Shown one piece after another: positions 1 to 12,044 of a DNA stretch of 64,000 bases. The notes beneath the pieces were generated by a model, which was given only the letters and a program-made list of their open reading frames with translations, was not told where the DNA came from and ran no database searches. The stretch lies in NCBI RefSeq assembly GCF_058153355.1, contig NZ_CM177019.1. One strand, given 5' to 3'. Each line of letters opens with the position of its first letter. Within the stretch, counting starts at the first letter, position 1. Position numbers and translations under genes: made by a program.

Positions 1-116
1 ATAATTGCCATCAATATTTTATCGCGCTGCGTTTGATCTTCGGGTAGATGTTCCGCTAACAGGAACGCGCCCCTCGAGGTTCCACCTCGCATCATCACGC
101 AGGGTATTTTTTTCAT
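1..116 (-). CDS. ybhH: PrpF-family isomerase-like protein YbhH, N-terminal 38 codons only (gene runs off window start)
   Basis: Reverse complement of 1-116 translates from ATG (complement of 114-116) as MKKIPCVMMRGGTSRGAFLLAEHLPEDQTQRDKILMAI; RGGTS motif; divergent from ybhD as in recalled K-12 order. Confidence 0.6.
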   Translation of the reverse strand, partial: MKKIPCVMMRGGTSRGAFLLAEHLPEDQTQRDKILMAI

Positions 117-299
117 AATAATGCCCTCAATTTAAAAACATAACTTATTGCGATATGGTTACATTAAGGGCAAAGCATCTCTAATGACTTTAGCTCAACG
201 ATTAATAACATTTTTTCATTAATTTAAGTTGGCTAAATGCAGTTAAAATTTTTAACGGCCTGTCATCCAAAATCGTCGCATCCATTTTTCGGAGTAATA

Positions 300-1252
300 A
301 TGAAGCATGAATTATCAAGTATGAAGGCATTTGTCATACTGGCAGAGTCCAGTTCATTTAACAATGCTGCTAAATTACTCAATATTACGCAACCTGCATT
401 AACGCGAAGAATAAAAAAATGGAAGAGGATTTACATATTCAACTATTTGAGCGTACAACTCGCAAGGTTATGTTAACAAAAGCAGGAAAAAGGTTGCTCC
501 CGGAGGCGCGGGAATTAATAAAGAAATTCGATGAAACGCTTTTTAATATTCGCGATATGAATGCTTATCATCGTGGTATGGTGACGTTAGCGTGTATTCC
601 GACCGCAGTATTTTATTTTTTACCACTGGCAATCGGTAAATTTAATGAGCTGTATCCCAATATTAAAGTGCGGATTCTGGAACAAGGCACGAATAATTGC
701 ATGGAATCGGTGCTGTGTAACGAATCAGACTTTGGCATAAACATGAACAACGTCACAAATTCATCCATTGATTTTACCCCACTGGTCAACGAGCCGTTCG
801 TGCTGGCCTGTCGGCGTGACCATCCATTGGCCAAAAAGCAGCTTGTAGAATGGCAGGAGTTAGTGGGTTACAAAATGATTGGCGTACGCTCCTCCAGCGG
901 CAACCGACTTTTGATAGAACAACAGCTGGCCGACAAGCCCTGGAAGCTGGACTGGTTTTACGAAGTGCGTCATCTTTCGACGTCATTAGGACTGGTGGAG
1001 GCGGGACTGGGGATTTCGGCGCTTCCTGGTCTGGCAATGCCCCATGCACCCTATTCTTCGATTATTGGTATCCCGCTGGTGGAACCGGTTATACGTCGGA
1101 CATTGGGGATTATTCGCCGCAAAGATGCCGTGCTTTCTCCGGCTGCAGAACGCTTTTTTGCCTTGCTGATTAATTTATGGACCGACGATAAAGACAACTT
1201 GTGGACCAATATCGTCGAACGCCAGAGACATGCGTTACAGGAAATGGGGTAA
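300..1252 (+). pseudogene. ybhD: LysR-family transcriptional regulator YbhD, apparently frameshifted at an A7 homopolymer (413-419)
   Basis: HTH segment MKHELSSMKAFVILAESSSFNNAAKLLNITQPALTRRIKK from ATG 300 is in a different frame from the 277-aa substrate-domain ORF 419..1252 (MEEDLHIQLFERTTRK...); one extra A in the run would give a contiguous ~317-aa LysR protein. Confidence 0.7.
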
Positions 1253-1292
1253 TACACCGGCGCAGGAGAGACTGCGCCGGGTAAATCAGCGG

Positions 1293-2324
<1,032 letters not shown>

Positions 2325-2442
2325 CTAAAATTAGTCGCTTTTGGCGGTGAATGCTGAATTAAAACGCAGAATTTTGTCCGATAGTGGTATCGGTGTACCA
2401 TTCGCGCAGACGAAAATTCTTAACCTTAATCTGGAATACGCC

Positions 2443-3261
2443 ATGACCACACGCGTGATTGCACTCGACTTAGACGGCACCTTATTGACCCCGAAAAAAA
2501 CCTTGCTTCCTTCATCGATAGAAGCCCTGGCCCGCGCTCGCGAAGCAGGCTATCAATTAATCATCGTCACGGGCCGCCATCACGTCGCTATTCATCCTTT
2601 TTATCAGGCGCTGGCGCTGGATACACCTGCTATTTGCTGTAATGGCACCTATTTGTATGATTATCATGCAAAAACAGTACTTGAAGCCGATCCAATGCCC
2701 GTTAATAAAGCCCTGCAACTCATTGAGATGCTGAATGAACACCACATTCACGGTCTGATGTATGTGGATGATGCAATGGTCTATGAGCACCCGACCGGGC
2801 ATGTCATTCGCACGTCTAACTGGGCGCAAACCCTGCCGCCGGAACAGCGTCCGACCTTTACCCAGGTTGCTTCACTGGCCGAGACAGCGCAGGAAGTTAA
2901 CGCAGTATGGAAGTTCGCCCTGACACACGATGACCTGCCGCAATTGCAGCATTTTGGTAAGCATGTTGAACATGAATTGGGACTGGAGTGTGAATGGTCC
3001 TGGCACGATCAGGTTGATATTGCCCGCGGTGGTAACAGCAAAGGTAAACGCCTGACGAAATGGGTTGAGGCGCAAGGCTGGTCGATGGAAAACGTCGTCG
3101 CATTCGGCGATAATTTTAATGATATCAGTATGCTGGAAGCCGCTGGTACAGGCGTGGCGATGGGCAACGCTGATGACGCAGTAAAAGCGCGTGCCAACAT
3201 TGTGATTGGTGATAACACCACCGACAGCATTGCCCGGTTCATTTATAACCACCTGATTTAA
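2443..3261 (+). CDS. ybhA: HAD-superfamily (Cof-type) phosphatase, pyridoxal phosphate phosphatase YbhA
   Basis: ORF track frame 2341..3261; start set at internal ATG 2443 (MTTRVIALDLDGTLL..., HAD DxDGT motif) giving 272 aa. Confidence 0.85.
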   Translation: MTTRVIALDLDGTLLTPKKTLLPSSIEALARAREAGYQLIIVTGRHHVAIHPFYQALALDTPAICCNGTYLYDYHAKTVLEADPMPVNKALQLIEMLNEHHIHGLMYVDDAMVYEHPTGHVIRTSNWAQTLPPEQRPTFTQVASLAETAQEVNAVWKFALTHDDLPQLQHFGKHVEHELGLECEWSWHDQVDIARGGNSKGKRLTKWVEAQGWSMENVVAFGDNFNDISMLEAAGTGVAMGNADDAVKARANIVIGDNTTDSIARFIYNHLI

Positions 3262-4320
3262 TCAGGCGGTTATCGAGACACTTTTAATTTGCGCGTATAG
3301 CCATAGGCCAGGTTTGATCGCCAGTTCATCCCTGGCCCACGGGCTTATTCGCGCCCACAGCGTTTTACCGCCGACTTCCAATTCCACTTCCACCTGACCG
3401 TTGTCGTCATAGCTATTGACGACTTTGGCGCGCAGCACATTGCGGATGCTGGTTTGTTGCGGCGGTTGTAAAACCAGAGAAACATCGGAAGCCTGGATGC
3501 GGATGCGTAGCGCGGCTTGCAGCGGTTCATCCAGCTTATTAACCCACAAATGCTGATCGCCCAGCGCCAGCGCGGTCATCGCGTAACGCGGATGATGTTC
3601 CAGTACCGTTACTTTCAGAATGCTGCTTTGTTGCTCTTTCGGCAGCCATGGATTCATCACGCTACTGCCCCAGACTTCTTCCAGCGCACCGAACGCTTTC
3701 ACCTGGCCGTTTTCCAGTACCATCACTCGGTCTGCCAGATGGAGGATCTCATCCAGCGAATGGCTGACATAGAGCATCGGAATGTTGATTTCCCGCGTCA
3801 ACCGTTGCAGATAAGGCAATAGCTCGCGTTTTCGCGGAAGATCCAGCGAGGCCAGTGGTTCATCCAGCAATAATAATTCCGGTGCCGTCAGCAATGCCCG
3901 GCCAATTGCCACACGCTGTTTTTCGCCTCCGGACAGGCTGCCCGGTAAACGGTCAAGCAACGGTTCAATGCCTAAAAGCGCCACCAGCTTATCGAACTGA
4001 TCGACCATGCTTTTCGCCATGCCGTAGCGCAGATTTCCACGTACTTTGTAATGCGGAAACAGCCGCGCATCCTGAAACACATAACCAACGCGACGCTTTT
4101 CTGGCGAAAGGCAGATCCCTTTTTCGGCGTCATTTAGTACCCGACCATTGAGGACAATCCGCCCTTTTTGCGGACGTGTCAGCCCACTGATGGCATTAAT
4201 CAGCGAGGTTTTTCCAGCTCCGGAGACACCAAAGATAGCGGTGATACCATTGGCGGGCAGCGTTTCATTAATGGCCAGGCAATGATTGCCCAACGTCTGG
4301 GAAAAATTCAGTTCCAGCAT
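3262..4320 (-). CDS. modC: molybdate ABC transporter ATP-binding protein
   Basis: 352-aa ORF with Walker [13 protein letters not shown] signature LSGGEKQR and C-terminal TOBE-like domain; follows modB. Confidence 0.9.
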   Translation of the reverse strand: MLELNFSQTLGNHCLAINETLPANGITAIFGVSGAGKTSLINAISGLTRPQKGRIVLNGRVLNDAEKGICLSPEKRRVGYVFQDARLFPHYKVRGNLRYGMAKSMVDQFDKLVALLGIEPLLDRLPGSLSGGEKQRVAIGRALLTAPELLLLDEPLASLDLPRKRELLPYLQRLTREINIPMLYVSHSLDEILHLADRVMVLENGQVKAFGALEEVWGSSVMNPWLPKEQQSSILKVTVLEHHPRYAMTALALGDQHLWVNKLDEPLQAALRIRIQASDVSLVLQPPQQTSIRNVLRAKVVNSYDDNGQVEVELEVGGKTLWARISPWARDELAIKPGLWLYAQIKSVSITA

Positions 4321-4322
4321 GA

Positions 4323-5012
4323 TTAGCGCCCCGCCCGTTCACGGCTGATTCTGGCCAGCCATTCAGAAATCAACAGGGAGATCATCGCCAGCGCAATAGA
4401 GATAATGCACAGTCTCGCCGCACCACTTTCCCCGCCGGGGGTCTGGATCAGGGTATACATGGCTGAAGGAATGGTTCGCGTTTCGCCAGGAATGTTAGAA
4501 ACAAAGGTGATCGTTGCCCCAAACTCACCAAGCGAACGAGCGAATGCCAGTACCGTACCGACGATAATTCCCGGTAAGGTCAGCGGTAACGTGATAGTAA
4601 AGAACACGCGCCAGCGCCCCGCCCCCAATGTTCTTGCGGCCTGTTCCAGTTTGACATCAACCCCTTCCAGCGCCAGACGAATTGCCCGCACCATCAACGG
4701 AAACGACATCACGGCGGCAGCGAGAACCGCGCCACGCCAGCTAAAGGCGAAGGTAATGCCAAACCAGTCATACAGACGTTCACCGATAAATCCGCGCCGT
4801 CCCATCGAAACTAATAACAAGTAACCGACGACCACGGGCGGTAACACCAGCGGTAGATGCAGTACGCTGTCGAGCAGAGCTTTGCCCGGAAATGTGCAAC
4901 GCACCAGTAACCAGGCAAAAAAGATCCCAAACGGCAGGCTAAACAGCACAGCCAGGGAAGAAACTTTCAGGCTTAATAAAACCGCCTGCCATTCTGGATC
5001 GGTCAGTATCAT
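4323..5012 (-). CDS. modB: molybdate ABC transporter permease
   Basis: 229-aa hydrophobic ORF with ABC permease signature region; between modA and modC. Confidence 0.9.
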   Translation of the reverse strand: MILTDPEWQAVLLSLKVSSLAVLFSLPFGIFFAWLLVRCTFPGKALLDSVLHLPLVLPPVVVGYLLLVSMGRRGFIGERLYDWFGITFAFSWRGAVLAAAVMSFPLMVRAIRLALEGVDVKLEQAARTLGAGRWRVFFTITLPLTLPGIIVGTVLAFARSLGEFGATITFVSNIPGETRTIPSAMYTLIQTPGGESGAARLCIISIALAMISLLISEWLARISRERAGR

Positions 5013-5785
5013 TACTTGGTTGTAAATCCGTAGCGTTTAAAAATTTCCGCAGACTGCGGTCCCTTCAGATAATCATAAAATGCTTTTACTGTCGCATTGT
5101 TATGTCCTTCCACAACAGCAACCGGATATTCCACTTTTTTATGTGAATCTTCCGGGAAGGTGGCAACCACTTTTACCCCTTTGCTGGCAACTGCGTCAGA
5201 ACCGTAAACAATACCCAGCGGTGCTTCGTTACGTTCGACCAGCGCCAGCGCGCCACGCACATCTTCCGCCGGAGCCAGTTTCGGGGAGAGCGTATCCCAT
5301 GCGCCCAGTTTTTGCAGTGCTTCTTTTGCATAAATGCCAGCGGGAACATGTTCCGGATCACCAACCGCCAGGCGACCGCCATTCAGCAGCGAAGTCCAGT
5401 TGGTTTTGCTGTCAATGGAGAAATCTTTCTGCTCGCTGGCTTTCGGTGCTACAACAACCAGGCTATTACCGAGTAGAGTCTGACGCGAGGCCGTATCGAT
5501 CGCTTTTTTATCAACCGCATAATCCATCCATTTCTGATCGGCAGAAATAAACAGATCCGCAGGCGCACCCGCTTCAATCTGACGGGCCAGGGTAGAAGAC
5601 GAGGCGAAAGAAGAGACGACATCTACGCCTTTCTCTTTTTTATACTGCGTAGCGATGTCCTGCATTGCGTTAGTCAGTGATGCGGCGGCGAACACCGTGA
5701 TTTTTCCTTCATCTGCCAGTACATTGCCAGCAACAGCGAAAGAGAATGCCGCCCCGGCAAACAAGTTCAACCATTTACGAGCCAT
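5012..5785 (-). CDS. modA: molybdate-binding periplasmic protein
   Basis: 257-aa ORF MARKWLNLFAGAAFSFAVAGNVLA... with signal peptide; first gene of modABC. Confidence 0.9.
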   Translation of the reverse strand: MARKWLNLFAGAAFSFAVAGNVLADEGKITVFAAASLTNAMQDIATQYKKEKGVDVVSSFASSSTLARQIEAGAPADLFISADQKWMDYAVDKKAIDTASRQTLLGNSLVVVAPKASEQKDFSIDSKTNWTSLLNGGRLAVGDPEHVPAGIYAKEALQKLGAWDTLSPKLAPAEDVRGALALVERNEAPLGIVYGSDAVASKGVKVVATFPEDSHKKVEYPVAVVEGHNNATVKAFYDYLKGPQSAEIFKRYGFTTK

Positions 5786-5804
5786 TGGTAACCCCTTAAT
5801 GTGA

Positions 5805-5828
5805 CGTTATGTAGGCGACAATATAACG
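5805..5828 (-). promoter_or_regulatory. candidate ModE operator in modA promoter
   Basis: Near-palindrome CGTTATGTAGGCGACAATATAACG about 20 nt upstream of modA ATG; matches my recollection of the modA operator (CGTTATATTGTCGCCTACATAACG on the coding strand). Confidence 0.55.
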
Positions 5829-5950
5829 GCAAGTTCAGAATTTTCCCAGCAGTTATTGCTAACCTTTGTGAGGTTGATGAAAAAAATATCGGCAGGAAAA
5901 GCAGGAAGTTGAGAAAAAGAAAATGCCCGACTAAGCGGGCATTCATAGAA

Positions 5951-6118
<168 letters not shown>

Positions 6119-6228
6119 TCATGAGACTATTCTAACCGCTAAGCACAGAAAAGCACTCCCCTTTTGTGCGGTCAGCTTTGCGTGGCGTTCGTTTTCCGTC
6201 ACAATAAGACTTTTGCCAGGACATTGTT

Positions 6229-7017
6229 ATGCAGGCCGAAATCCTTCTCACCCTTAAGCTCCAACAAAAATTATTCGCCGACCCGCGCCGCATTTCGTTA
6301 CTAAAACACATTGCGCTTTCCGGTTCCATTAGCCAGGGAGCGAAAGATGCCGGTATCAGCTATAAAAGCGCCTGGGATGCCATTAACGAGATGAATCAGT
6401 TAAGTGAGCATATTCTGGTTGAGCGCGCAACAGGCGGTAAAGGTGGCGGCGGCGCAGTACTGACCCGCTATGGTCAGCGACTGATTCAGCTCTATGATTT
6501 ACTGGCGCAAATCCAGCAAAAAGCCTTTGATGTGTTAAGTGACGATGACGCCTTGCCGCTGAACAGCCTGCTGGCCGCGATCTCACGTTTTTCACTGCAG
6601 ACCAGTGCCCGTAACCAGTGGTTTGGCACCATCACCGCCCGCGATCATGATGACATTCAACAACATGTTGATGTCTTACTGGCCGATGGCAAAACACGCC
6701 TTAAAGTCGCGATTACCGCACAAAGTGGCGCACGTCTGGGACTGGATGAAGGCAAAGAAGTGTTGATTCTGCTGAAAGCGCCGTGGGTGAACATTACTCA
6801 GGATGACACTGTCGCCCAGGGGGCCGACAACCAATTGCCGGGCATTATTCGTCATATAGAGCGCGGTGCAGAACAGTGCGAAGTATTAATGGCGCTACCT
6901 GACGGGCAAACTCTGTGCGCCACGGTGCCGATAAATGAAGCAGCTTCTCTTGAACAAGGGCAGAATGCCACGGCTTACTTTAACGCCGACAGCGTGATTA
7001 TCGCTACGCTTTGCTAA
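6229..7017 (+). CDS. modE: molybdate-responsive transcriptional regulator
   Basis: 262-aa ORF MQAEILLTLKLQQKLFADPRRISLLKHIALSGSISQGAKDAGISYKSAWD... (HTH plus two Mop domains). Confidence 0.9.
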   Translation: MQAEILLTLKLQQKLFADPRRISLLKHIALSGSISQGAKDAGISYKSAWDAINEMNQLSEHILVERATGGKGGGGAVLTRYGQRLIQLYDLLAQIQQKAFDVLSDDDALPLNSLLAAISRFSLQTSARNQWFGTITARDHDDIQQHVDVLLADGKTRLKVAITAQSGARLGLDEGKEVLILLKAPWVNITQDDTVAQGADNQLPGIIRHIERGAEQCEVLMALPDGQTLCATVPINEAASLEQGQNATAYFNADSVIIATLC

Positions 7018-7084
7018 GCGTGTTGACAATTTGTTATGAAACACGTATCCCTGTCAGTAATCGCTGCAAAAAATGGGATATAAA

Positions 7085-8557
7085 ATGTCATCATTGCAAA
7101 TTTTGCAAGGCACTTTTCGTCTTGGCGACACAAAAACGCTGCAATTGCCTCAGCTAACGTTAAACGCGGGTGATAGTTGGGCGTTTGTCGGTTCTAATGG
7201 CAGCGGGAAATCGGCGCTGGCCCGCGCGCTGGCGGGGGAACTTCCGCTTTTGAAAGGTGAACGGCAAAGTCAGTTTTCCCATATTACTCGTCTCTCCTTC
7301 GAGCAATTGCAAAAGCTCGTCAGCGACGAATGGCTGCGGAATAACACCGATATGCTCGCCCCTGGCGAAGATGACACCGGACGCACTACGGCTGAAATCA
7401 TTCAGGATGAAGTAAAGGATGCACCGCGTTGCATACAACTGGCGCAGCAGTTCGGTATTACCGCCCTCCTCGACCGACGCTTTAAATACCTTTCCACTGG
7501 CGAGACGCGAAAAACCCTGCTCTGTCAGGCGCTGATGTCGGAGCCAGACTTGTTGATTCTTGATGAGCCGTTCGATGGCCTTGATGTTGCCTCACGTCAG
7601 CAGCTGGCTGAGCGACTCGCCTCGTTACATCAGTCCGGTATTACCCTGGTACTGGTGCTCAATCGCTTCGATGAGATCCCGGAATTTGTCCAGTTTGCTG
7701 GTGTGCTGGCGGATTGCACGTTAGCGGAAACTGGTGCTAAAGAGGAACTGCTGCAGCAGGCACTTGTCGCGCAACTGGCGCATAGCGAGCGGCTTGAAGA
7801 TGTACAACTGCCAGAGCCGGATGTGCCTTCAGCACGTCACGCCTTACCCACCAACGAACCGCGCATTGTGCTGAAAAATGGCGTGGTTTCTTATAACGAT
7901 CGCCCCATTCTTAATAACCTTAGCTGGCAGGTGAATCCAGGCGAGCACTGGCAAATTGTCGGGCCAAATGGCGCGGGAAAATCGACGCTATTAAGCCTGA
8001 TTACAGGCGATCATCCGCAAGGTTACAGCAACGATTTGACGCTTTTTGGACGACGTCGCGGCAGCGGCGAAACCATCTGGGACATCAAAAAGCATATCGG
8101 TTACGTCAGCAGTAGTTTGCATCTGGATTACCGGGTCAGCACTACCGTGCGTAATGTGATCCTTTCTGGCTATTTTGATTCGATTGGCATTTATCAGGCC
8201 GTTTCAGATCGCCAGCAAAAACTGGTGCAGCAGTGGCTGGATATTCTCGGCATTGATAAACGCACGGCTGACGCGCCTTACCATAGTCTTTCCTGGGGAC
8301 AGCAACGTCTGGCGCTGATCGTTCGCGCACTGGTGAAGCATCCGACGTTGCTTATTCTTGATGAACCACTACAGGGGCTTGATCCGCTCAATCGCCAGCT
8401 TATCCGCCGTTTTGTTGATGTGCTGATTAGCGAAGGTGAAACGCAATTATTGTTTGTTTCACACCACGCCGAAGATGCGCCCGCCTGTATTTCCCATCGT
8501 CTTGAGTTCGTGCCGGACGGTGAACTCTATCGCTATGTGCTGACAAAAATAAACTGA
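7085..8557 (+). CDS. modF: ABC-type ATPase ModF (two ATP-binding cassettes)
   Basis: ORF 7073..8557; start set at ATG 7085 (MSSLQILQGTFRL...); two Walker A motifs (GSNGSGKS, GPNGAGKS). Confidence 0.85.
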   Translation: MSSLQILQGTFRLGDTKTLQLPQLTLNAGDSWAFVGSNGSGKSALARALAGELPLLKGERQSQFSHITRLSFEQLQKLVSDEWLRNNTDMLAPGEDDTGRTTAEIIQDEVKDAPRCIQLAQQFGITALLDRRFKYLSTGETRKTLLCQALMSEPDLLILDEPFDGLDVASRQQLAERLASLHQSGITLVLVLNRFDEIPEFVQFAGVLADCTLAETGAKEELLQQALVAQLAHSERLEDVQLPEPDVPSARHALPTNEPRIVLKNGVVSYNDRPILNNLSWQVNPGEHWQIVGPNGAGKSTLLSLITGDHPQGYSNDLTLFGRRRGSGETIWDIKKHIGYVSSSLHLDYRVSTTVRNVILSGYFDSIGIYQAVSDRQQKLVQQWLDILGIDKRTADAPYHSLSWGQQRLALIVRALVKHPTLLILDEPLQGLDPLNRQLIRRFVDVLISEGETQLLFVSHHAEDAPACISHRLEFVPDGELYRYVLTKIN

Positions 8558-8725
8558 GTCGGTAATGCTGACTGTACCGGAGGCGGCCTAAGCGCCCTCT
8601 CCGGCCTACAGTTCGACGCATCCAGGCATGAAACCGCGTCTTTTTTTTCAGATAAAAAGCGCAATCATTCATAAAGCCGCTGTTTTATAATCACTTAATC
8701 GCGCATAAAAAACGGCTAAATTCCT

Positions 8726-8741
8726 GTGTAAACGATTCCAC
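8726..8741 (+). promoter_or_regulatory. gal external operator OE (GalR/GalS site)
   Basis: Exact GTGTAAACGATTCCAC upstream of galE, followed by the ttatgctatggtta P1/P2 -10 region. Confidence 0.8.
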
Positions 8742-8819
8742 TAATTTATTCCATGTCACACTTTTCGCATCTTTGTTATGCTATGGTTATTTCATACCAT
8801 AAGCCTAATGGAGCGAATT

Positions 8820-9836
8820 ATGAGAGTTCTGGTTACCGGTGGTAGCGGTTACATTGGAAGTCATACCTGTGTGCAATTACTGCAAAACGGTCATGATGTC
8901 ATCATTCTTGATAACCTCTGTAACAGTAAGCGCAGCGTACTGCCTGTTATCGAGTGTTTAGGCGGCAAACATCCAGCGTTTGTTGAAGGCGATATCCGTA
9001 ACGAAGCGTTGATGACTGAGATCCTGCACGATCACGCTATCGACACCGTGATCCACTTCGCCGGGCTGAAAGCCGTTGGCGAATCGGTACAAAAACCGCT
9101 GGAATATTACGACAACAATGTCAACGGCACCCTGCGCCTGATTAGCGCCATGCGCGCCGCTAACGTCAAAAACTTTATCTTCAGCTCCTCCGCCACCGTT
9201 TATGGCGATCAGCCCAAAATTCCATACGTTGAAAGCTTCCCGACCGGCACGCCACAAAGTCCTTACGGCAAAAGCAAGCTGATGGTGGAACAGATCCTCA
9301 CCGATCTGCAAAAAGCCCAGCCGGACTGGAGCATTGCCCTGCTGCGCTATTTCAACCCGGTTGGCGCGCATCCGTCGGGTGATATGGGCGAAGATCCGCA
9401 AGGTATTCCGAATAACCTGATGCCATACATCGCCCAGGTTGCTGTAGGCCGTCGCGACTCGCTGGCGATTTTTGGTAACGATTATCCGACCGAAGACGGT
9501 ACTGGCGTGCGCGATTACATCCACGTAATGGATCTGGCGGACGGTCACGTCGTGGCGATGGAAAAACTGGCGAACAAGCCAGGCGTACACATCTACAACC
9601 TCGGCGCTGGCATGGGCAGCAGCGTGCTGGACGTGGTTAATGCCTTCAGCAAAGCCTGCGGCAAACCGGTTAATTATCATTTTGCACCGCGTCGCGAGGG
9701 CGACCTTCCGGCCTACTGGGCGGACGCCAGCAAAGCCGACCGTGAACTGAACTGGCGCGTAACGCGCACACTCGATGAAATGGCGCAGGACACCTGGCAC
9801 TGGCAGTCACGCCATCCACAGGGATATCCCGATTAA
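8820..9836 (+). CDS. galE: UDP-glucose 4-epimerase
   Basis: ORF 8778..9836; start at ATG 8820 (MRVLVTGGSGYIGSHT..., Rossmann GxxGxxG) giving 338 aa. Confidence 0.95.
   Translation: MRVLVTGGSGYIGSHTCVQLLQNGHDVIILDNLCNSKRSVLPVIECLGGKHPAFVEGDIRNEALMTEILHDHAIDTVIHFAGLKAVGESVQKPLEYYDNNVNGTLRLISAMRAANVKNFIFSSSATVYGDQPKIPYVESFPTGTPQSPYGKSKLMVEQILTDLQKAQPDWSIALLRYFNPVGAHPSGDMGEDPQGIPNNLMPYIAQVAVGRRDSLAIFGNDYPTEDGTGVRDYIHVMDLADGHVVAMEKLANKPGVHIYNLGAGMGSSVLDVVNAFSKACGKPVNYHFAPRREGDLPAYWADASKADRELNWRVTRTLDEMAQDTWHWQSRHPQGYPD
8839..8854 (+). promoter_or_regulatory. gal internal operator OI inside galE
   Basis: Exact GTGGTAGCGGTTACAT about 113 bp downstream of OE. Confidence 0.8.
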
Positions 9837-9845
9837 GGAACGACC

Positions 9846-10892
9846 ATGACGCAATTTAATCCCGTTGATCATCCACATCGCCGCTACAACCCGCTCACCG
9901 GGCAATGGATTCTGGTTTCACCGCACCGCGCTAAGCGCCCCTGGCAGGGGGCGCAGGAAACGCCAGCCAAACAGGTGTTACCTGCGCACGATCCAGATTG
10001 CTTCCTCTGCGCAGGTAATGTGCGGGTGACAGGCGATAAAAACCCCGATTACACCGGGACTTACGTTTTCACTAATGACTTTGCGGCCTTGATGTCTGAC
10101 ACGCCAGATGCGCCAGAAAGCAACGATCCTTTGATGCGTTGTCAGAGCGCGCGCGGTACCAGCCGGGTGATCTGCTTTTCACCGGATCACAGTAAAACGC
10201 TGCCAGAACTGAGCGTTGCGGCATTGACGGAAATCGTCAAAACCTGGCAGGAGCAAACCGCAGAACTGGGGAAAACATACCCGTGGGTGCAGGTCTTTGA
10301 AAACAAAGGCGCGGCGATGGGCTGCTCTAACCCGCATCCGCACGGACAGATTTGGGCAAATAGCTTCCTGCCTAACGAAGCTGAGCGCGAAGACCGCCTG
10401 CAAAAAGAATATTTCGCCGGGCAGAAATCACCAATGCTGGTGGATTATGTTCAGCGCGAGCTGGCAGACGGTAGCCGTACCGTTGTCGAAACCGAACACT
10501 GGTTAGCCGTTGTACCTTACTGGGCTGCCTGGCCGTTCGAAACGCTACTGCTGCCCAAAGCCCACGTTTTGCGGATCACCGATTTGACCGACGCCCAGCG
10601 CAGCGATTTGGCGCTGGCGTTGAAAAAGCTGACCAGTCGTTATGACAACCTCTTCCAGTGCTCCTTCCCCTACTCTATGGGCTGGCACGGCGCGCCATTT
10701 AATGACGAAGAGAATCAACACTGGCAGCTGCACGCGCACTTTTATCCGCCTCTGTTGCGCTCCGCCACCGTACGTAAATTTATGGTTGGTTATGAAATGC
10801 TGGCAGAGACCCAGCGAGACCTGACCGCAGAACAGGCAGCAGAGCGTTTGCGCGCAGTCAGCGATATCCATTTTCGCGAATCCGGAGTGTAA
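9846..10892 (+). CDS. galT: galactose-1-phosphate uridylyltransferase
   Basis: 348-aa ORF with HPH-type active-site region ([12 protein letters not shown]). Confidence 0.95.
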   Translation: MTQFNPVDHPHRRYNPLTGQWILVSPHRAKRPWQGAQETPAKQVLPAHDPDCFLCAGNVRVTGDKNPDYTGTYVFTNDFAALMSDTPDAPESNDPLMRCQSARGTSRVICFSPDHSKTLPELSVAALTEIVKTWQEQTAELGKTYPWVQVFENKGAAMGCSNPHPHGQIWANSFLPNEAEREDRLQKEYFAGQKSPMLVDYVQRELADGSRTVVETEHWLAVVPYWAAWPFETLLLPKAHVLRITDLTDAQRSDLALALKKLTSRYDNLFQCSFPYSMGWHGAPFNDEENQHWQLHAHFYPPLLRSATVRKFMVGYEMLAETQRDLTAEQAAERLRAVSDIHFRESGV

Positions 10893-10895
10893 GTA

Positions 10896-12044
10896 ATGAG
10901 TCTGAAAGAAAAAACACAATCTCTGTTTGCCAATGCATTTGGCTACCCTGCCACTCATACCATTCAGGCGCCTGGCCGCGTGAATCTTATTGGCGAACAC
11001 ACCGACTACAACGACGGTTTCGTTCTGCCCTGCGCAATTGATTATCAAACCGTCATTAGCTGTGCGCCACGTGATGACCGTAACGTTCGCGTGATGGCAG
11101 CCGATTATGAAAATCAGCTTGACGAGTTTTCCCTTGATGCGCCCATTGTCGCTCATGAAAACTATCAATGGGCTAACTACGTCCGTGGCGTGGTGAAACA
11201 TCTGCAACTGCGTAACAACAGCTTCGGCGGCGTGGACATGGTGATCAGCGGCAATGTGCCGCAGGGTGCCGGGTTAAGTTCTTCCGCTTCACTGGAAGTC
11301 GCGGTTGGAACCGTATTGCAGCAGCTTTATCATCTGCCGCTGGACGGCGCACAAATCGCACTTAACGGCCAGGAAGCAGAAAACCAGTTTGTTGGCTGTA
11401 ACTGTGGGATCATGGATCAGCTAATTTCCGCGCTCGGCAAGAAAGATCATGCCTTGCTGATCGATTGCCGCTCACTGGGCGCCAAAGCGGTTTCTATGCC
11501 GAAAGGTGTGGCTGTCGTCATCATCAACAGTAACTTCAAACGTACCCTGGTCGGCAGCGAATACAACACCCGTCGTGAACAGTGCGAAACCGGTGCGCGT
11601 TTCTTCCAGCAGCCGGCCCTGCGCGATGTCACCATTGAAGAGTTCAACGCTGTTGCGCATGAACTGGACCCGATCGTGGCGAAACGCGTGCGTCATATCC
11701 TGACTGAAAACGCCCGTACCGTTGAAGCAGCCAGCGCACTGGAGCAAGGCGACCTGAAACGTATGGGCGAGTTGATGGCGGAGTCTCATGCTTCTATGCG
11801 CGATGATTTCGAAATCACCGTGCCGCAAATTGACACTCTGGTAGAAATCGTCAAAGCTGTGATTGGCGACAAAGGTGGCGTACGCATGACCGGCGGCGGA
11901 TTTGGCGGCTGTATCGTCGCACTGATCCCGGAAGAGCTGGTGCCTGCCGTACAGCAGGCTGTCGCTGAACAATATGAAGCAAAAACAGGTATTAAAGAGA
12001 CTTTTTACGTTTGTAAACCATCACAAGGAGCAGGACAGTGCTGA
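10896..12044 (+). CDS. galK: galactokinase
   Basis: 382-aa ORF with GHMP kinase motifs ([23 protein letters not shown]). Confidence 0.95.
   Translation: MSLKEKTQSLFANAFGYPATHTIQAPGRVNLIGEHTDYNDGFVLPCAIDYQTVISCAPRDDRNVRVMAADYENQLDEFSLDAPIVAHENYQWANYVRGVVKHLQLRNNSFGGVDMVISGNVPQGAGLSSSASLEVAVGTVLQQLYHLPLDGAQIALNGQEAENQFVGCNCGIMDQLISALGKKDHALLIDCRSLGAKAVSMPKGVAVVIINSNFKRTLVGSEYNTRREQCETGARFFQQPALRDVTIEEFNAVAHELDPIVAKRVRHILTENARTVEAASALEQGDLKRMGELMAESHASMRDDFEITVPQIDTLVEIVKAVIGDKGGVRMTGGGFGGCIVALIPEELVPAVQQAVAEQYEAKTGIKETFYVCKPSQGAGQC

Noticed and set aside
2341-3261. N-terminally extended ORF-track models (ybhA 2341, modF 7073, galE 8778, gpmA 13266, pal 21527, sdhA 54274, sdhC 55007, abrB 62329, ybgO 61165, mutase S 31846)
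   Set aside because: The track uses the longest frame, including TTG/GTG starts; internal ATG codons with better spacing to Shine-Dalgarno-like sequences and agreement with known protein lengths were preferred.
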